A stretch of 64,000 nt of DNA from Phycisphaerae bacterium (GTDB taxonomy: Bacteria; Planctomycetota; Phycisphaerae; UBA1845): the NCBI GenBank assembly GCA_963666835.2, contig CAXXGO010000001.1, positions 1,376,001 to 1,440,000 of the forward strand, in the 5' to 3' direction. The notes under the pieces were generated by a model. The model was not told where the DNA came from, searched no databases, and saw nothing but the letters and a program-made list of their open reading frames with translations. Positions 49,007 through 59,170 of the stretch are shown here, piece after piece. Each line of letters opens with the position of its first letter. Within the stretch, counting starts at the first letter, position 1. Both the position numbers and the translations under genes were made by a program.

Positions 49007-50278
49007 CTAGTGATCGTGCAGACCGCAGCCGCAACCACTGAAATGGAATTGGGCTCGCGCGGGCGGGCCGGTCCGCTTCGCGGCAAGAGTCTGCTTGCTG
49101 GCGGGGCTGTCTATGTACTTCATGAGGGCGAGCAGAGGATCCCCGCCGACAGTGTCCAGTAGCATCTGAATTGCGTCCTGGGACCCAAGCGGAAACACCT
49201 GCGAATGCAGGGGAGCCTTGCGGAAGCTCTGGTCGGCGAGCAGATCACGCAAGCTGGCGGTGACGTCCATGATGCCGGATGGGTCCGTAGTATGCACCAG
49301 CCCGAGGAGATGGCCGATCTCGTGGCTGGTCACATTGGCGATCGCCTGGGCCATCTCGGAGACCGACGGATTCAGCGGCGAGAAGGCGGCGAAAGTGTCG
49401 GTGAACACGATTGCTTCCTGGTCGGATGTGGCGTTGAATTCGTCTATGTTCTCGGAGACACCCAACAGAGCGGCGTCGTACGTACCGAAGAACACGCGGG
49501 TCATCGTTCCGTCGTAGACATCCCCCTCGCTGGTCGAGAGGATCTCCACGTTGAACCCATCGTAATCTTCGCGGACTCCGTCGATGATCTGCTCGATCAT
49601 GACCGCCGTCTGCCCGGCGTAGTCGGAATCGATATTGGCGGCGTCAAAAGCCGGGATGTCAATCCGCGGGCGGCTGCTGATCTTGACCCCATTGCCCCCG
49701 TTGAAGACGAGTAGCACGGTCTCCGGACGCTCACTCGGCAGTTCAGTCTCCGGCTCCTTGTATGCCAGCAGTGAGTAGTCGCCGGACGAATCGTACCCGG
49801 GAGTTGACGCGGTTGCGACGTAGCACGCCGAAGTAGGTCGGCGGACGACGATGTCGATAAACGGAGTCTTCTCGCCGAGGTAGACGTTACGGTGATCGTT
49901 CACCAGCAGGGAGGAATCGTCATCATCGAAGATGGCAATTGCTCCGTTGAGTGAACTATCGGGAGTCATCTCGACGATGATCCGATCTCCCGGTTCGGCT
50001 GAGCCCAGGTTGTAGACATCGACATCGTCGGCGCCGGTGATACTGCCGTGGATAGCCCGGGGGCCTTCGTCGAGATTCACCCCGTCAGAAGTGTCCACGC
50101 CGTCGTTGGCGCTGCTCTCGTAGTACGGAGATTCGCTGCCGGCTTGAACGATGGTCGACGCCAGGGTCGGTCGGGAGTCCCCGCTCGAACCGGGATCGCT
50201 CCCACACCCACAGATAACCAGTGCGCCCAGGCACGCCAGGCGCACGCCATACCCGCTTCGCAAAACTTGGACGAACAC
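49007..50278 (-). CDS. Matrixin-like zinc metalloprotease lipoprotein with PPC-like domain (paralog of neighbour)
   Basis: Lipobox ICG-C; DVDVY; HEIGHLLGLVH and GIM. GTG start follows GAGGGG. Confidence 0.85.
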   Translation of the reverse strand: MFVQVLRSGYGVRLACLGALVICGCGSDPGSSGDSRPTLASTIVQAGSESPYYESSANDGVDTSDGVNLDEGPRAIHGSITGADDVDVYNLGSAEPGDRIIVEMTPDSSLNGAIAIFDDDDSSLLVNDHRNVYLGEKTPFIDIVVRRPTSACYVATASTPGYDSSGDYSLLAYKEPETELPSERPETVLLVFNGGNGVKISSRPRIDIPAFDAANIDSDYAGQTAVMIEQIIDGVREDYDGFNVEILSTSEGDVYDGTMTRVFFGTYDAALLGVSENIDEFNATSDQEAIVFTDTFAAFSPLNPSVSEMAQAIANVTSHEIGHLLGLVHTTDPSGIMDVTASLRDLLADQSFRKAPLHSQVFPLGSQDAIQMLLDTVGGDPLLALMKYIDSPASKQTLAAKRTGPPARAQFHFSGCGCGLHDH

Positions 50279-50598
50279 AGCTTTCCCCTCAAACGAAAGA
50301 TGCGGACTTCTTTCCCCCACCAACCCCCCCGGTTGGTGGTTGCCCACAGACCGTTCGTTGGTCACGCAAGTGCGGCTGCCGCCAGGCCCCTCCGAACCCC
50401 GGTCGGCCGATCCCAACGGCCGCACTGCGTAACCAACTGTGCTTCGTCCCCTCCGAAAGTGACTTTACGATACGAAGCCGACTTGCGAGGGCGGGCGACT
50501 TGAGAAAAGTGTCAAGAATACCACCAGACTGGTTCTTTTCGGACAATTGCGCGTTAACCCGTGCATCGCGTGGCCAAGGGGCTATAATCACGCGCCTG

Positions 50599-53500
50599 AT
50601 GACGGCTTTCGAGCTTACGTCCGAGCAACGTGCCGCCGTGACAGCCTGCGGTCACAGCGTGATCGTCACCGCGGCGGCGGGCTCCGGCAAAACCGCGGTT
50701 CTTGCGGAGCGATGCGCCTATCTGGTTTGTGACGCGCCCCTCGCACTTCGCTGCGACGTTGACGACCTTCTCGTTCTCACTTTCACAGAAGCCGCAGCGG
50801 CGGAGATGCGCTCACGCATAGTCGACGCTATTAGAAGGCGGTCGCAGGCTGAGCCCGGTGACCTGCGCCTGCGGGAGCAAGTTACCCTGGCCGACGCCGC
50901 GCAGATCTCGACGATCCACTCGTTTTGCCATCGGCTGATCCGCCGGTGGTTCAACGAGGTGGACCTGGATCCGACGTTCAGCTTGCTTGATGCCGAGGAA
51001 GCCGCACTGCTCGAGCGCGATGTGCTCGACGCTCTGTTCACCAGACTTTACTCTGCGATTGATACGTCGGCCGACCCACTTGGGAGTCCCGAGCACTGCG
51101 ACGCCAAGGATGCGGTTTCCCCTGCCGCCGTCGGCGATGACTTGGCCCGGGGTTTTGTAAGTTTGGTGGACGTATACGGGTTGACCAATGACCGGGCGGT
51201 TGCCGCTCTCGTCCTCGATCTGCACGAGTTCGTGGGCTCCTTGCCCGATCCCGAGGATTGGCTCCATAAGGCCGCCGAGTTGGTGGATGAGCAGGCTCCC
51301 GAGCTGGTTCTGACTCTATTCGGCCGTCTGCCGCCCGAGTTGGAACGCCAAGCAGATCGCTGTACCCAACTGGCTCTAGAATTAGAAGCGGGGAACCCCA
51401 TCGGACATTCGTACGCCGGCAAGATCCGCGCGTACATCGGGGCGCTCGAATCCTGGAAGGAGGGGCTGCCGTCCGATCTTCCCGCCGGCTTTGGGGCGGG
51501 AATCCCGCCGCGGTCGGTGGCGGAGCTGCTTGTCGAGTGCGACGCCGTGCGCCAGCAGATAGCCGAGTTTGAGTTCCCGTCGGATCGTGCTCCGCGGCTT
51601 TCGAAGGACTGCGAACCGGCGGTTCGGCAAGCGCGGGATGCCGCGAGCGAACTGTTCAGAACTCAGGTCAAGGGGCGGATGTTCGAAGATCGCCTCCGCC
51701 GGTGGTTTGGCCTGCTGTCGATCGATCAGCATTGCGCGGGGTTGGCGCGAGTGTCTCCCTTTGTGTCCACAATCACCCGTTTGGTCTCGGCGTTTCGGGC
51801 GGATTACTCGGCCGCTAAGCGCCGGATGGACGTTCTCGATTTCTCCGATCTCGAACGGTTCGCGTTGGATCTGCTTCACGTCGACGGAGACATATGCCGC
51901 CCGTCGGAAGCGGCCCGGGCGTTGCATCGCCGGTTCAAGCACCTGCTGGTCGACGAGTTTCAGGATGTCAATCGTATCCAAGAGGCGATTGTTCGGCTCG
52001 TCAGCCGCGAAGCCGATCCGGACCTGCCGGACAATCTCTTCGTCGTCGGAGACGTCAAGCAGAGCATATACCGTTTTCGCCTGGCGGAGCCGAGCGTATT
52101 CAACGAACGGTTGAACCGGTTTCGCCGAGAGAAGAACGAGGGCAGAGCCATCGCCTTACAGGCGAACTTCCGTAGCCGCCCGGAGATTCTGGAGACCGTC
52201 AATACGGTCTTTCGGCAGCTCATGCCGATAGGTGGCGGCGACGTTGTGTACGACGAGGAGGCCCATCTGAGGTCGGGCAGGCCGGCAAGTTCGCTCGACG
52301 ATACTCAACCAGTGGAATTGCACCTGCTGGAGAGGAGAATCGGAGCGTCGGAGAGTTTGGATGACGGCGACCATTCTCTCGAGGAAGACAACGCCGACAT
52401 CGGCGATCCCGCCCGCTGGGCGCCCATCGAACGAGAAGCGTTTTTAATAGGGTCTCTCATCCGCGAGTGGATCGCGGACGCCACTTCTGAGCCGAAGGCG
52501 CCGCCGCGCCGCTACCGGGACGTCGCCGTGTTGCTGAGGGCTACCGCGGTGAATGCGGAGCGGATGGCTGCGGTGCTCTCGGCCTCAGGCGTTCCCGCGT
52601 ATGCCGAGGCGGGTGGATCGCTGCTCGGGGCGTTGGAGGTCCGCGATATCCTGGCCGTCTTGGAGGTGCTGGACAATCTACAACAGGACATCCCGCTGGC
52701 CGCGGTTCTTCGCAACGGGGTGCTGGGTGATCCTTTGTCCGAGGATGATCTAGTGGAGATCCGTTGCGCCAATCGGGCGGAGTCGTTTCACGTTGGGGTG
52801 AGGGCTTATGCATCGCAGGGCGGCGTGGCGGAGCCGGTGGCCGATCCGAGCCTGGCGGGCCGGCTTCAGACCCTTCTGCGCCGGATTTCGTCTTATCGTG
52901 AAGAAGCACGCCGGCGGCCGGTGGCCGACGTGCTGTGGAGGCTGTTTCACGAGCATGGTTACCTGGCTTATGTCGGAGGGCTCCCCAACGGTGCCCAGCG
53001 TCGCGCCAATTTGCTCAAGCTGCATGAGATGGCCCGCAAGTTCGGTTCATTCCGGCGCCAGGGTCTGCACCGTTTCTTGAGCTTCGTGCGTTCCATGACC
53101 GCCGAGAATCGCCAGATCCCCACGGCGTCGGCGATTGGCGAGTCCGACGACGTGGTCCGGATCATGAGCATCCATCAAAGCAAGGGGCTCGAGTTTCCCG
53201 TCGTGTTCGTTGCGGGGTTGGGGACCCGGTTCAATCTGCGCGATCGTTCCGGCCGCATGATCTTCGAGCGGCGGGCCTATCTCGGCCTGCGCGCGGTCGA
53301 TACGGATCGGATGATCGAGTATCCGACCGCGGCGCACATCCTGGCCGCGATGGAGATCGAGCGGCACGCCCGCGAGGAGGAACTTCGAGTCCTCTATGTG
53401 GCAATGACTCGAGCCCGAGAGAAGCTGGTTTTGGTCGGGTCCACTGAGGGTGCCGCCCGGCTCGAGCGGCAGGTGGGTGCCGGGGCTGTGGGATCGTCCG

Positions 53501-54537
53501 TTTCGCTGCACGGAGTAGTGACCGCCACAACTCCGCTCGATTGGCTGATTCCGGCCCTGGCCTCCGCTCCCGACGGGATGGTGCGTACGTCCGAGAACCG
53601 GCATGCCCGTCAGCCTCTTGTTGAGGTCCGCGCCGTTGATGCTGCTGAGATTGCAGGCTGGGGAATATCGCGCCCGGCGGCGGTTTACTCGTCAGCTCTG
53701 GGAGATGCGGTGGCAAAAGGGGCGGCTCTGCCCGGCGACGAGCCTTTTGATCCCGCGGAACGGGCAGTTGAAGAGACTCTGGCGCGGATCGACTACGTTT
53801 ACCCCCATCTGGCGGCCGGGACGGTGCGGGCTGCGGTAGGGGCCAGCGAGTTTAAGGGCGCGTACGACTTCACCGCTGACGCCGAGCAGCGTCCCGAGTC
53901 CACCGGCACCGATGTGTCCACGTTGTTTACGCGACAGGACGTTCCCGGCGGTGGTCGGGAAGAGGCGGTTCGCAGGGGGATTGTCACCCACCGTGTTCTT
54001 CAACATCTGGACTTCACGGTGAGTGGCGATCGGGCTCGCGTGGCATCTGAATTGCAACGATTGGAGGTTGCCGGATTGCTGTCCGGCGACGATCGTTCGT
54101 TGGTAGATGAGGAGGGTATTGCCTGGCTGTTGCAGACTCCGTTGGCCGACGCGATTCGGGCGGCGGGTGACGCGTTTCGCCGCGAGTTCCAGTACATAGC
54201 GTCGGAGTCGCCGGAGTGGTTCGATCGATCCGTGGACCCGGGACCGGGGGACTTCATTCTGGTCCGCGGGATTGCGGACGGGGTGTTTCCCTTTGCCAAC
54301 GGAATCGGGATCGTTGATTACAAGACCGACCGGGTCCGCCCCGAAGATGTTCCACGGCGGGTAGAGGTCTACCGGCCGCAGATGCAGCTTTATTCGCGAG
54401 CGATGTCGCGAATCTGGCGTAAGCCGGTTTCGGTCTGCTGGCTGGCTTTTGTCGCCGCGCGGGAGCTGGTGGAGTTGCGTGACCCGACGGGGTCCGCTAC
54501 ATCTTCCCCGGCGGATTGGAATTCCGGGTTGTCGTGA
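50599..54537 (+). CDS. addA: AddA-like UvrD helicase with C-terminal PD-(D/E)xK nuclease
   Basis: AAAGSGKTAVL, LTFTEAAAAEMR, VDEFQD, VGDVKQSIYRFR, NFRS, MSIHQSKGLEF, LYVAMTRA and GIAD..IVDYKTD. TATAAT lies 10 nt before the ATG. Confidence 0.9.
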   Translation: MTAFELTSEQRAAVTACGHSVIVTAAAGSGKTAVLAERCAYLVCDAPLALRCDVDDLLVLTFTEAAAAEMRSRIVDAIRRRSQAEPGDLRLREQVTLADAAQISTIHSFCHRLIRRWFNEVDLDPTFSLLDAEEAALLERDVLDALFTRLYSAIDTSADPLGSPEHCDAKDAVSPAAVGDDLARGFVSLVDVYGLTNDRAVAALVLDLHEFVGSLPDPEDWLHKAAELVDEQAPELVLTLFGRLPPELERQADRCTQLALELEAGNPIGHSYAGKIRAYIGALESWKEGLPSDLPAGFGAGIPPRSVAELLVECDAVRQQIAEFEFPSDRAPRLSKDCEPAVRQARDAASELFRTQVKGRMFEDRLRRWFGLLSIDQHCAGLARVSPFVSTITRLVSAFRADYSAAKRRMDVLDFSDLERFALDLLHVDGDICRPSEAARALHRRFKHLLVDEFQDVNRIQEAIVRLVSREADPDLPDNLFVVGDVKQSIYRFRLAEPSVFNERLNRFRREKNEGRAIALQANFRSRPEILETVNTVFRQLMPIGGGDVVYDEEAHLRSGRPASSLDDTQPVELHLLERRIGASESLDDGDHSLEEDNADIGDPARWAPIEREAFLIGSLIREWIADATSEPKAPPRRYRDVAVLLRATAVNAERMAAVLSASGVPAYAEAGGSLLGALEVRDILAVLEVLDNLQQDIPLAAVLRNGVLGDPLSEDDLVEIRCANRAESFHVGVRAYASQGGVAEPVADPSLAGRLQTLLRRISSYREEARRRPVADVLWRLFHEHGYLAYVGGLPNGAQRRANLLKLHEMARKFGSFRRQGLHRFLSFVRSMTAENRQIPTASAIGESDDVVRIMSIHQSKGLEFPVVFVAGLGTRFNLRDRSGRMIFERRAYLGLRAVDTDRMIEYPTAAHILAAMEIERHAREEELRVLYVAMTRAREKLVLVGSTEGAARLERQVGAGAVGSSVSLHGVVTATTPLDWLIPALASAPDGMVRTSENRHARQPLVEVRAVDAAEIAGWGISRPAAVYSSALGDAVAKGAALPGDEPFDPAERAVEETLARIDYVYPHLAAGTVRAAVGASEFKGAYDFTADAEQRPESTGTDVSTLFTRQDVPGGGREEAVRRGIVTHRVLQHLDFTVSGDRARVASELQRLEVAGLLSGDDRSLVDEEGIAWLLQTPLADAIRAAGDAFRREFQYIASESPEWFDRSVDPGPGDFILVRGIADGVFPFANGIGIVDYKTDRVRPEDVPRRVEVYRPQMQLYSRAMSRIWRKPVSVCWLAFVAARELVELRDPTGSATSSPADWNSGLS

Positions 54538-54552
54538 TCTTTCGAGGACGCT

Positions 54553-57500
54553 ATGGCTCATTCCGAACGGTTCAACAAGCGGGCCCTGGAGATCGGACGC
54601 GAGATCTTCGAACGGGCTGCCGCGGCCCAACCGACCATTTTCCAGAAGACCTGGTGGCTGGAGCAGGGCACCAAACTGGTCGAGCGAGACGAACGGCTCA
54701 AAACGCGGGCGTTCTCTTTTGTCGATTGCCTGCCGTCGCTACGAAACCATGCAGAGATTACCCGGCATGTTGCGGAGTACCTGGACCCGGAGTGCGTTGA
54801 TCTTCCGAAGCTGTTTCACGCCGCGGTCCGTCCCGGGCCGTTGATGTCGCTCAGGGAGGATATCGTCGGGTGGGGGGCGAGGTTTGGCGCCGGTCAGATG
54901 GCCGGACGCTTCATCACCGGTTACGACGGCCCCAGCGCCATTAAGACTATTGAACGTCTCCGGCGGAAGGGCTTTGCCTTCACGCTCGATGTGCTCGGCG
55001 AATCGACCACCAGCTACGCTCGCGCCGACGAGTATGCCCAGGTCTACCATGAACTGATCGACGAACTGACTGCCGCCGCCCGAACCTGGTCGCGGATTCC
55101 GATTGTGGACGAGGACTCCCGGGGTGCCATGCCGCGGGTCAATCTGTCGATCAAGCTGACCGGGCTTGATCCGCATTTTGATGCGATCGATCCGGCGCGG
55201 GCGATCCATGCGGTGAACGAGCGACTCCGGCCGCTGTTGCGGCACGCCCGCGAGGCCGGGGCGTTCGTCAACATCGACATGGAGTCGACAAAGCATCGCC
55301 ATCTGACGTTTGAACTGTTCAAGCAGCTTCTCATGGAGGACGAGTTCCGCGATTGGGAAGACATCGGGATTGTGATCCAAGCTTACCTGACGGATGGCGA
55401 GCAGGATCTGACCGACATGCTCGAATGGGGCAAACGACGGGGGCGGCGCTTCGCGATTCGCTTGGTCAAGGGGGCCTATTGGGACGCTGAGACGGCTGCG
55501 GCCGTGCGGGCCTATAAGAAACCACCGGTCTGGACTCGCAAGTGGGAGTCGGATGCGTGTTATGAGCGGATGTCCCGGGTTATGCTCGAGAACACGGAGC
55601 TGATCCGCCCGGCGTACGCCAGCCACAATGTTCGGTCCCTGGCGGTGATCCTTGCGGCCGCGGAGGAGTTGGGGCTGCGCCCCAATGAGTATGAACTGCA
55701 GATGCTGTATGGGATGGGCGATCCACTCAAGACGGCCGTGGCACAGCTTGGTCAATGCACCAGAATCTACTGCCCGTACGGAGATCTCATGCCGGGGATG
55801 GGCTACCTGATTCGGAGACTCCTGGAGAACACGTCCAACGACGGTTTCCTGAAACAGGGGTTCAGCGATCGGGCCGGCTATGACTCGCTGTTGCGTGATC
55901 CATCCATTGCTCAACCACCCAGCGCGCCGCTTCCGGAGCGGCACTACCAGAACACCGATCCCGAGGAACCTATGTCTGAATTCAAGAATGCTTCGAACAC
56001 GAATTTCGCTGTGCCGGAGAACCGCCGGAAGATGCTCGGTGCCTTGGAGTTTGTGCGCGGGGAGTTCGGCCGAACGTACCCACTTCTAATCAACGGAGAG
56101 CCGGTTTCGACGGACGAGACGATCCATTCGGTCAACCCGTCGTGCTCCAGCGAAGTGGTGGGGCGAGTGGCCCGGGCGACTACCGGTGACGTCGACCGCG
56201 CGGTTGCGGCTGCTCGCCGGGCGTTCTCGAGTTGGCGGAAGACCTCCGCGGCCGAGCGGGCCTCGCTTCTGCGGGCTCTGGCGGACCGGTTGGAGATGCG
56301 CCGCTACGAGCTTGCGGCCACGATGGTCCTGGAGGTGGCCAAACCGTGGCGGGAAGCGGATGCGGACGTTACCGAGGCAGTGGATCATTGCCGGTACTAC
56401 GCCGAGCAGATTGAACGGATCGAGTCGCACCCGCGCCTGCGGAACCTCCCGGGTGAGGACAACATGCTTATGTACTCGCCTAAGGGGGTCTGTGCGGTGG
56501 TCTCGCCGTGGGCTTTCCCCCTGGCGATTCTGACCGGAATGACCTCTGCGGCACTTGCCGGGGGGAATACGGTTGTCATCAAGCCTGCCCGGCAGGCGTC
56601 GGTTCTGGCCGCAAAGCTCGTTGAAGCTTTGGACGCGGTTGGATTCCCGGCCGGCGTGTTCAACTTCGTGCCCGGGGTGGGCGAAGAAGTTGGAGCACAT
56701 CTCGTCGAACACGGCGATGTTAATCTTGTGGCTTTTACCGGCTCGCACAGCGTCGGCACTGGTGTCATCCAGGCCGGGGCTCGCGTACGCCCGGGGCAGG
56801 CGTTTATCAAGAAGATGATCGTCGAGATGGGCGGCAAGAACGCCATCGTTGTGGATGACGACGCAGACTTAGACGGAGCGGTTCAGGCCATCATCGACTC
56901 GACATTCGGTTTTGCGGGTCAGAAGTGCAGCAGTTGCAGCCGGGTTATCGTGCTCGACGGCGTGTATGACAACTTGCTCAGCCGTCTGCGCGAAGCAACC
57001 GACAGCGTGATTGTCGGTCCCGCTGAGGCTCCGGGCACTATGGTCGGACCAGTCATTGATGAGGCCGCGCGGGAGCGTATTCGGGAGTATCGCGAGATCG
57101 GCTGCCAGGACGGTCGGCTGTTGACCGAAGTGAAGCTCCCTGCGGATTGTGACAAGGGTTTCTTCGTCGCTCCGATGGTCTTCGCAGATGTCAAGCCGGA
57201 AAGCCGCATCGCGCAGGAGGAGATATTCGGCCCGTTGTTGGCCGTGATTCGAGCCAAGGACTTCGATCATGCGATGGAGATTGCCAACGGGACTCGATAC
57301 GCCTTGACGGGTGGGATCTACTCCCGCAGCCCCGCGCGCATCAAGCAGGCCTGTCGCGAATTCGCCGTCGGAAACCTGTATGTCAACCGGCGCGTGACCG
57401 GATCGCAAGTTGACGCGCAGCCGTTTGGCGGGTTCAAACTGAGCGGGACGGGAGTCAAGGCCGGCTCTCCGGACTACCTCCTCCATTTCATGGATGCTCG

Positions 57501-57567
57501 TTGCATTACGGAGAACACGCTTCGAAGCGGGTTGGTTCCAAACGAAGAACGCACGGAGGTGCGCTAA
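54553..57567 (+). CDS. putA: Bifunctional proline dehydrogenase / L-glutamate gamma-semialdehyde dehydrogenase
   Basis: DVLGE, IDME, IRLVKGAYW, ASHN, QMLYGM and YLIRRLLEN; ALDH motifs FTGS, EMGGKN, GQKCS, EEIFGP and PFGG. Confidence 0.95.
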   Translation: MAHSERFNKRALEIGREIFERAAAAQPTIFQKTWWLEQGTKLVERDERLKTRAFSFVDCLPSLRNHAEITRHVAEYLDPECVDLPKLFHAAVRPGPLMSLREDIVGWGARFGAGQMAGRFITGYDGPSAIKTIERLRRKGFAFTLDVLGESTTSYARADEYAQVYHELIDELTAAARTWSRIPIVDEDSRGAMPRVNLSIKLTGLDPHFDAIDPARAIHAVNERLRPLLRHAREAGAFVNIDMESTKHRHLTFELFKQLLMEDEFRDWEDIGIVIQAYLTDGEQDLTDMLEWGKRRGRRFAIRLVKGAYWDAETAAAVRAYKKPPVWTRKWESDACYERMSRVMLENTELIRPAYASHNVRSLAVILAAAEELGLRPNEYELQMLYGMGDPLKTAVAQLGQCTRIYCPYGDLMPGMGYLIRRLLENTSNDGFLKQGFSDRAGYDSLLRDPSIAQPPSAPLPERHYQNTDPEEPMSEFKNASNTNFAVPENRRKMLGALEFVRGEFGRTYPLLINGEPVSTDETIHSVNPSCSSEVVGRVARATTGDVDRAVAAARRAFSSWRKTSAAERASLLRALADRLEMRRYELAATMVLEVAKPWREADADVTEAVDHCRYYAEQIERIESHPRLRNLPGEDNMLMYSPKGVCAVVSPWAFPLAILTGMTSAALAGGNTVVIKPARQASVLAAKLVEALDAVGFPAGVFNFVPGVGEEVGAHLVEHGDVNLVAFTGSHSVGTGVIQAGARVRPGQAFIKKMIVEMGGKNAIVVDDDADLDGAVQAIIDSTFGFAGQKCSSCSRVIVLDGVYDNLLSRLREATDSVIVGPAEAPGTMVGPVIDEAARERIREYREIGCQDGRLLTEVKLPADCDKGFFVAPMVFADVKPESRIAQEEIFGPLLAVIRAKDFDHAMEIANGTRYALTGGIYSRSPARIKQACREFAVGNLYVNRRVTGSQVDAQPFGGFKLSGTGVKAGSPDYLLHFMDARCITENTLRSGLVPNEERTEVR

Positions 57568-57617
57568 GAGGGACTAGCTGAGTCGCTGTCCCGAGTTACT
57601 CAAGAGGAGATGCCAGG

Positions 57618-57704
57618 ATGGATCTTGGACTTTTCACCATTAATGCGGCCGCCAATGTCTTCTGGATTGCCCTGTTCTTGCTCCTGACTGCGGCACGATT
57701 CTAA
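57618..57704 (+). CDS. Putative 28-aa single-pass membrane peptide
   Basis: GAGGAG 8 nt before the ATG; MDLGLFTINAAANVFWIALFLLLTAARF*. Confidence 0.55.
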   Translation: MDLGLFTINAAANVFWIALFLLLTAARF

Positions 57705-57896
57705 TCCTGCGTCACACCTGGGCCTTCGGGTGTGCCACTGCTCTTGAGCAGTGCAGGGATGGCGTACGGCGTGGATTGCCCCCGGGTCTTTACGTGTGAC
57801 GAAGCGTTGGTATGGCCTCCGAAACCGGCGCTGGGGAGTTCTCCTTGGTGCGGAGGGAGTCCCTTGTGGGAGGGGAGCCGGGCGGGCGCAAAGCCG

Positions 57897-58976
57897 TTAC
57901 CGACTGCTTCCGGAAGTTGCCGCCGTTGCGGATGCCCGCAACGCCTGTTCGACAATCTGTGCGGGACGCAGGTTATCCGCGCGATGCGCCGGGCACCCGG
58001 CGAGGCCGGCGGGGCATCGGCCCTCGGCGAGATTGCACGGGCTGCACGGCCTTAAAGACTGCACGGCGGTTACGGTCGGGTAGTCCGCGGCGAATCCGGC
58101 ATCAGTGCTGGTGAACATCGCCACAACCGGTACCCCCAGAGCCCCGGCGAGATGTAGAGGGAATGAGTCTCCGGTGATGACGACCTGCATTTGCATCAGC
58201 AACGCGCCGAGATCGGCAGCGGTTGGGGTGCGCCCTGCCAGATGATGCACGTGCGGTGATCCGGTGCGTCCGGCTGATCCGGTCTGCTCGGATTCTCCAA
58301 CTTCAAACACCTCAAAGCTGTTTTCGACCAACAGCTCAACCAAGTCGTTGTGAAGGTCTGGGGGGTAAGCCTTGAGGCTTGCGATACGCCCTACGTGAAC
58401 CGCCGCACGTGGTTGCCCGGCGAGGGTAAGAGCCCACCGATTTCGGGCGTCCGCCGGCACGACCGGGCGGGCCGGCTGCGACGGCCGCGGAGTGCCGAGG
58501 CATTTGCTGAAGAGGTCCGCCGCACTTTTTTGCGGGCCGCCGGCGACCGCTTCGATATTCTCGAAGCTCATGTAGTATTGGTAGGCGGATAGCTGCTCCG
58601 CGGTGATCGGATAAGGTAGCAGCTTTCCGACCGTGGGCATCAATTGCCAGACCTGGCGGGCGGCCGGTCGCCCCGCAACGTCTACGGTGACCTCGGGATA
58701 CGCTTCGACCAGCGCGGCGACGCAAGATGCCGCAATCACGGCATCACCCAATCGCCCGATAAACGGAAGGATGATCCGCTCGGTGCTCAACGGCTCCCGG
58801 CGATAGAGTGGTACGGTGCGGTCCACCGCGGCCACCAGCTTGAGGGCTTGATCGCGCAGCCCGGCGCCGGCCTCCTCGTCGTGGACTACGTACTGCTCTC
58901 CCCGGCGCAATTCGTACGCCGGGCGCCCGTCGCGGTCCCGCACCTTGGAGTCGGCGATGGCTTCGACTATCTGCAT
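57897..58976 (-). CDS. Glycosyltransferase family 9 (heptosyltransferase-like) protein
   Basis: GRLGDAV, KAYP, VITGDSFPLHLAGALGVPVVAMF and CSPC. RBS AGGAGG. Confidence 0.88.
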   Translation of the reverse strand: MQIVEAIADSKVRDRDGRPAYELRRGEQYVVHDEEAGAGLRDQALKLVAAVDRTVPLYRREPLSTERIILPFIGRLGDAVIAASCVAALVEAYPEVTVDVAGRPAARQVWQLMPTVGKLLPYPITAEQLSAYQYYMSFENIEAVAGGPQKSAADLFSKCLGTPRPSQPARPVVPADARNRWALTLAGQPRAAVHVGRIASLKAYPPDLHNDLVELLVENSFEVFEVGESEQTGSAGRTGSPHVHHLAGRTPTAADLGALLMQMQVVITGDSFPLHLAGALGVPVVAMFTSTDAGFAADYPTVTAVQSLRPCSPCNLAEGRCPAGLAGCPAHRADNLRPAQIVEQALRASATAATSGSSR

Positions 58977-59170
58977 ACTACCTCCTGCCGGGGACGCCGG
59001 TCGGCCCGCCTTGCCGATTGCGTCCTGGGCCGCCGCTCACGGGCGTATATTGAGTATCGGCAGGGTCCGGGAACAAATGCGGTCGCAGCGCGGGACTCGT
59101 GCAAAGTGATGCAGAGCCTGTGACATCGGTTCGGGTTGGGTACGCGGTTACGACGGCAGGGCGGCGGAGG

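Noticed and set aside
49833..49849. GTAGGTCGG REP-like match
   Set aside because: It lies inside a coding sequence and the hairpin is not formed; chance match.
50221..50598. Long N-terminal extensions given by the ORF track (also 2516, 25367, 42107, 42139, 48965, 50425)
   Set aside because: They overlap neighbouring or divergent genes or promoters; downstream starts fit family N-termini or RBS better.
59052..59078. sigma28-like -10 (GCCGATAC, minus strand) upstream of the GT9 gene
   Set aside because: No acceptable -35 TAAA element at the right spacing.
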